DNA of 64,000 nucleotides, taken from assembly GCF_018350175.1 (NCBI RefSeq), contig NC_058368.1, forward strand, positions 183,336,001-183,400,000, read 5' to 3'. Shown here one piece after another: positions 59,801-64,000 of this stretch. Source of the DNA: Felis catus (Eukaryota). The stretch's first letter is position 1. Each line of letters begins with the position of its first letter. The position numbers and the translations under genes are program-made. The notes under the pieces were generated by a model that saw nothing but the letters and a program-made list of their open reading frames with translations, did not search any database and had not been told where the DNA came from.

Positions 59801-62732
59801 ATCACATGGAATCCAAATTTGCAAGGCTGATCAAATTTCAGACACAAGTCACAATAAACCATAACCCTCCATTCGCACTTCAGAAAATTATTGACCATAC
59901 AGTTCTTTGCTTATGTACTGTCCCCCATAGATAGAAAAGCAGTGGGGAAGACATTTCATAAGTGTTATGAAAAAGAAAGGGTTATTCTTCCCAAAGAAGT
60001 CATAGCCTAGTGAATCCCTTTTATATGTAAACTGATTGACATTCCTTCTGTCTACAGATTATAAATCAAAATTATTTTATAGCTTTCCCTTTAAGAAAAT
60101 GCCAACCATTTCTAAATTTATGAACAAAAGAAGCACAAAGAATCTGGCAGACTGCTTAGTAAATAAGAAAACCTTTTACTAATGAGAAGTGTAGATACAA
60201 TGCTGAAATATCACTACTTCTATGGGCTAGAACATGCATTTGGTGAATGAGTATGCATATTTCATATACGGATTCAATAAACTGTCATCCTATTCATAAT
60301 TCCACTACTGACTTATCCAAATGCTGCTTAGAAGTAATTATCTCTGCTAGTACATTATAAAATTAAGATAGTATCTATTGATTAAAAATATTTTGACACA
60401 GCAAATATGTTTTCAATTTGTTAGGAGAAAAAATAAAACTACCATAATACCTTAAGACTAGATATGAATATCAAATTCAACCTCTAGCCAGGAAACCTTA
60501 ATTTGAGTACCAACATTTAAAAGCTGTCATGTGAGCATATAGTTCTATAAAGCAAACTGATCTTTCAGGAAATTCAAGACGTGTTTGTTTACATTTCCAC
60601 TGAGCATTTCTCTTTCTAGAAAGGAGAGTCATAGCTATGACTAGATTTACTGAGAGGATCTGCATGCCGTCAGCATCACGCATCTCCATAGTCTCTAGCC
60701 GGCTTGGGGCAGAGGTGAATTATCTGGTTTATGGGGGCTCAGATAGAGGTCACTGCTTGGATTGCAATTCTGACTTGCCTGTAGTTTATTTTGTGTAAAT
60801 GTGGAAGTAGCAGCTTCTGAATCCCTGTAGTGAAGGAAACCTTATCCTCTGTTTGAGGCTGGATTTACCCTGAGTTTCCATGATGAGATTTTATAAACAA
60901 AATTCTTTTCTTGGCAGATATAAATATGGAGAGAATTATCTTTCTTTTTTTTTTTTCCTGAGAATCATTATAGGCACCAAAATGTGACTATTAACATGTC
61001 AAAGTATATTTGGGGTAGAAAGTGGACATGCTCATTTCTAAAATGTGCAAGTTGAGACATGAATCATTTAATTTTCATTAAAAAAAAAAACACTCAATGG
61101 CATACAGTGCTTCTAAACTGTCCTGAATTTCGATGTTGAAAAGAGGATTTATACTCTGTATTTATAGAACAAGTAGAAATTTATTTTGATGATAATGTCA
61201 TTAAGGCAACAGCATATTGGGACTAAAGAAACACTGTTGGATCATTTTCTTGACATTAAAATTTTGTGCCAATTTTATTGTTTATGGCATTGAAGAGAAA
61301 AAAAAATCTGGGTAGCAGTTTAATATCCTTGCCAATTTCAAAATGTCCAACAAGGCAAAGAACTGGCCAAGTTTCAAATACCCCTAAAAGGTCATCGTCT
61401 TGAGGCAGGATGAGCACATATCATACAGCTGGATGTTTTTATGTCACTAAAGAGCACATTTCAGAACAGTTTTCTCCAGGTCTCAAGGTTGGCAATTCAT
61501 GAAGGCAGAGTAAATTGCCAAAAACACTCTTTTAAACAGGAGGTGTTTAATGAAACAAGGTTGGATATCTCATATACTCATAGGATTTTTTTTCCCCTTA
61601 CCAACAAGTAATTCCAAATATATCAAAAAGATCATTCACTGGCCTCAGGTGGGAGGCAGGAAAACATAATTACTTTACTTCTTAACTTAAATGGGGACAT
61701 TGAGTCAGTAATTATTTACTCTCTCTTTAGAAACATCATTTTATCCTGCTGGTATTATGTGAGTAGTTCACATTAATGGAAAATCCATTTGGCTTTATTA
61801 CGGTAGAAGGTATTCAAAAGCAATCAAATCTATTGTCAAACTGGGGTTGACTTTGCAGAAAATGATTTCAAAATGGCCTTTATTTTGTTAAGGAAATTCT
61901 ATGTACCTATTACAAAGAGGATAATTATGGACATAATAAATTAACTGTCACTGGATTTAATTGAGCAAGTATGAACTATTGGTTGAGTTCAAGTAATGAA
62001 ATTTGGGTTAGATCATAGAAGTCTAAACACTGAGACATCTTAGCAGTCTTTTAGGCATATGCAAAAATAAAATGTTCAAAAGTTACAGTGATTTTATCTG
62101 TGTAATAAAGAGCTTTCACATGAGTTTATTTAAGGTCTAGGTATAGGATTAGAACTTTATTTCCTCCTCTACTCCATGAAAACATAGGATGTCTTTTCTC
62201 CATATGATCTCTCACTTATAGAGGGCAAAAAGTAGACAATGCCATGAAGAATTCAAAGGCATGAGTTCCCAGCTCCAGCTTTCTTAGGGGGCAAAGAGGA
62301 TAGCACATAGACTTAACTCATTTATTTATTCATTTGCTCATGAACAATTATAGAACAATCTCTCCTGTGTTCCAGGGATTATTCTCATTCTCTCAAAATA
62401 AACACATAAGCTTAAAAAGTAAAAATAAAAAATAAATAAAAAAGAGGTTCTACTAAAATTTATCTGATGTAGACATATTTGTTTAAAATTACTGAATATT
62501 TAAAAATTAATTAAAAGATGAGCTTTTCATTTTATAAAATGTATAAATTTGTTTAAAATAATATACTCTATTTTCAAATTTTATTTTTCATAAAAATTTC
62601 ATTTACCCAACATTACCATATATAGGTATGTCTCATCCCTGAACATGAAGTTAATACTTTTAGTATATTTTACGAAGCTTAAATTCACAGTTGTTATTAT
62701 GTCCTTTATTACAAATCATTAATTCTTTAAAT

Positions 62733-62948
62733 TTTTAAAAATGTTTTAGTATTTATTTTTGAGAGACAGAGACACACAGAGTGGGAACTGGGGAGGGGCG
62801 GATAAAGAGGGAGACACAGAATTTGAAGCAGGCTCCAGGCTCTCAGGTGTCAGCACAGAGCCCCACTCGGGGTTCAAACTCACAAACTGCAAGTTCATGA
62901 CCTGAGTTGAAATTAGATGCTTAATCAACTGAGCCACCCAGGCACCCC
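62733..62948 (-). mobile_element. Can-SINE
   Basis: Reverse SINE ending gagccacccaggcacccc; duplication ta(c/t)aaatcattaattctttaaat at 62710-62732 and 62949-62971. Confidence 0.96.
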
Positions 62949-63471
62949 TATAAATCATTAATTCTTTAAATGTGTGTTGCAAGCTATGTAGTAAATATTA
63001 AAATATATTTTGACTTATTAGCCTCAGAATAACTGAATTAACTTATCCTGCAACCTGCATTCTATGTGTAGAATATGTGTTTGATTTCCCTGTATTGCTA
63101 AGTTCATCAAGAAATACATATTGGTAGCATTTTATATGTGTTATTTGTTTGTGATTAAGAAGCTGAAATGTTCCTACTAGTCATTAAAAAAAAAAGGAAA
63201 AAAACAAAAGAAAATTAGTGGTATGTCTTTTGCTGTGTGGCAGGTTTAAGAAAAGCGAATATGGATAGAAACAGGTTAGCGTCAATAAATATGAGCCACC
63301 TTGGGAACAGAAGGGTCTGCTTCCTTCTATATGCATCTTGTCTCGGTTACAAGTTACTACAGGTAATACTGATAAATAAGGTAGCTACTCAAAATGAAAA
63401 CACATGCTGCTTTAAAGAAGTGCTTTGTTTGAAGAAAGAAGGTTAAGCTATGTGATAAAAAATCAGTTTAC

Positions 63472-63685
63472 GGGGCGCCTGGGTGGCTCAGTGGTTAAGC
63501 AGCCGACTTCGGCTCAGGTCATGATCTCGCAGTCAGTGAGTTTGAGCCCCTCGTCGGGCTCTGTGCTGACAGCTCAGAGCCTGGATCCTGTTTCAGATTC
63601 TGTGTCTCCTTCTCTCTGACCCTCCCCCGTTCATGCTCTGTCTCTCTCTGTCTCAAAAATAAATAAACGTTAAGAAAAATTTTAA
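63472..63685 (+). mobile_element. Can-SINE (SINEC_Fc2-like)
   Basis: ggggcgcctgggtggctcag head; TSD aaaaa(a/g)tcagtttac at 63457-63471 and 63686-63700. Confidence 0.97.
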
Positions 63686-64000
63686 AAAAAGTCAGTTTAC
63701 AATGATATAAAGGTAAAAATTGAAAGCTTTCCTCAAAATTATAAAAAGAAAAAAAAATGATACTGAAAATTTCACAAGTAGTTGAAAAAGATCCTAGGAA
63801 ACTAAAAGCATCTTTCATTTTTATCTCCTTTGGTTGTTATTGGTAGAAAATGAATATATGTATGCCTTTTACTGATTTAATATACATATCTAACATCTAC
63901 ACTGCCTTATATTTTACACCTTTTATGTGAATATAATGTGGGAACTGTAGTTTGAGCTTCCCAGGGAATAAAACATTGAAACAAATCATGGATGCCACTA

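Noticed and set aside
910..63818. ORFs overlapping Can-SINEs (e.g. 910-1209, 5579-5911, 12895-13092, 13923-14319, 47597-47942, 48126-48308, 63425-63818)
   Set aside because: Translations such as SAQVMISR, EPASDSVSPSLS, SLSLSL and RERERE are SINE body and CT-tract readings, not genes
1..64000. CRISPR array, prokaryotic operon, CpG-island promoter, processed pseudogene, numt or endogenous viral coding sequence
   Set aside because: No regularly spaced repeat-spacer array, no long ORF, no extended CpG-rich tract outside young SINEs, and no recognisable mRNA-, mitochondrial- or gag/pol/env-like sequence by eye; a highly decayed copy could have been missed without a database search

Overview
This window is AT-rich mammalian genomic DNA from a cat-family (felid) carnivore, inferred from 23 tRNA-derived Can-SINEs that include the felid SINEC_Fc type. 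It reads as intergenic or deep-intronic sequence. I recognised no host protein-coding gene, RNA gene, CpG island or CRISPR array. The ORF track is explained by SINEs, microsatellites, decayed L1 and chance ORFs. Repeat content: Can-SINEs of several ages (most with readable target-site duplications, TSDs), decayed L1 pieces, ERVL/MaLR solo LTRs, small DNA transposons (MER33, MER45A, MER46C, MER5-like), ancient MIR/L2/L3 and a probable RTE-clade remnant, plus many microsatellites. Repeat subfamily names come from my recall of consensus sequences, not a database search, and boundaries of old elements are approximate. I found no convincing novel biological system. The best leads are: (i) a 16.6 kb Can-SINE-free stretch with enhancer-like unique blocks and two well-formed minus-strand candidate small exons; (ii) a 12-nt plus-strand microexon candidate; (iii) several unusual retrotransposition footprints (nested orphan poly(A) insert, possible SINE 3' flank capture, microsatellite born inside a TSD, a tightly spaced inverted SINE pair).
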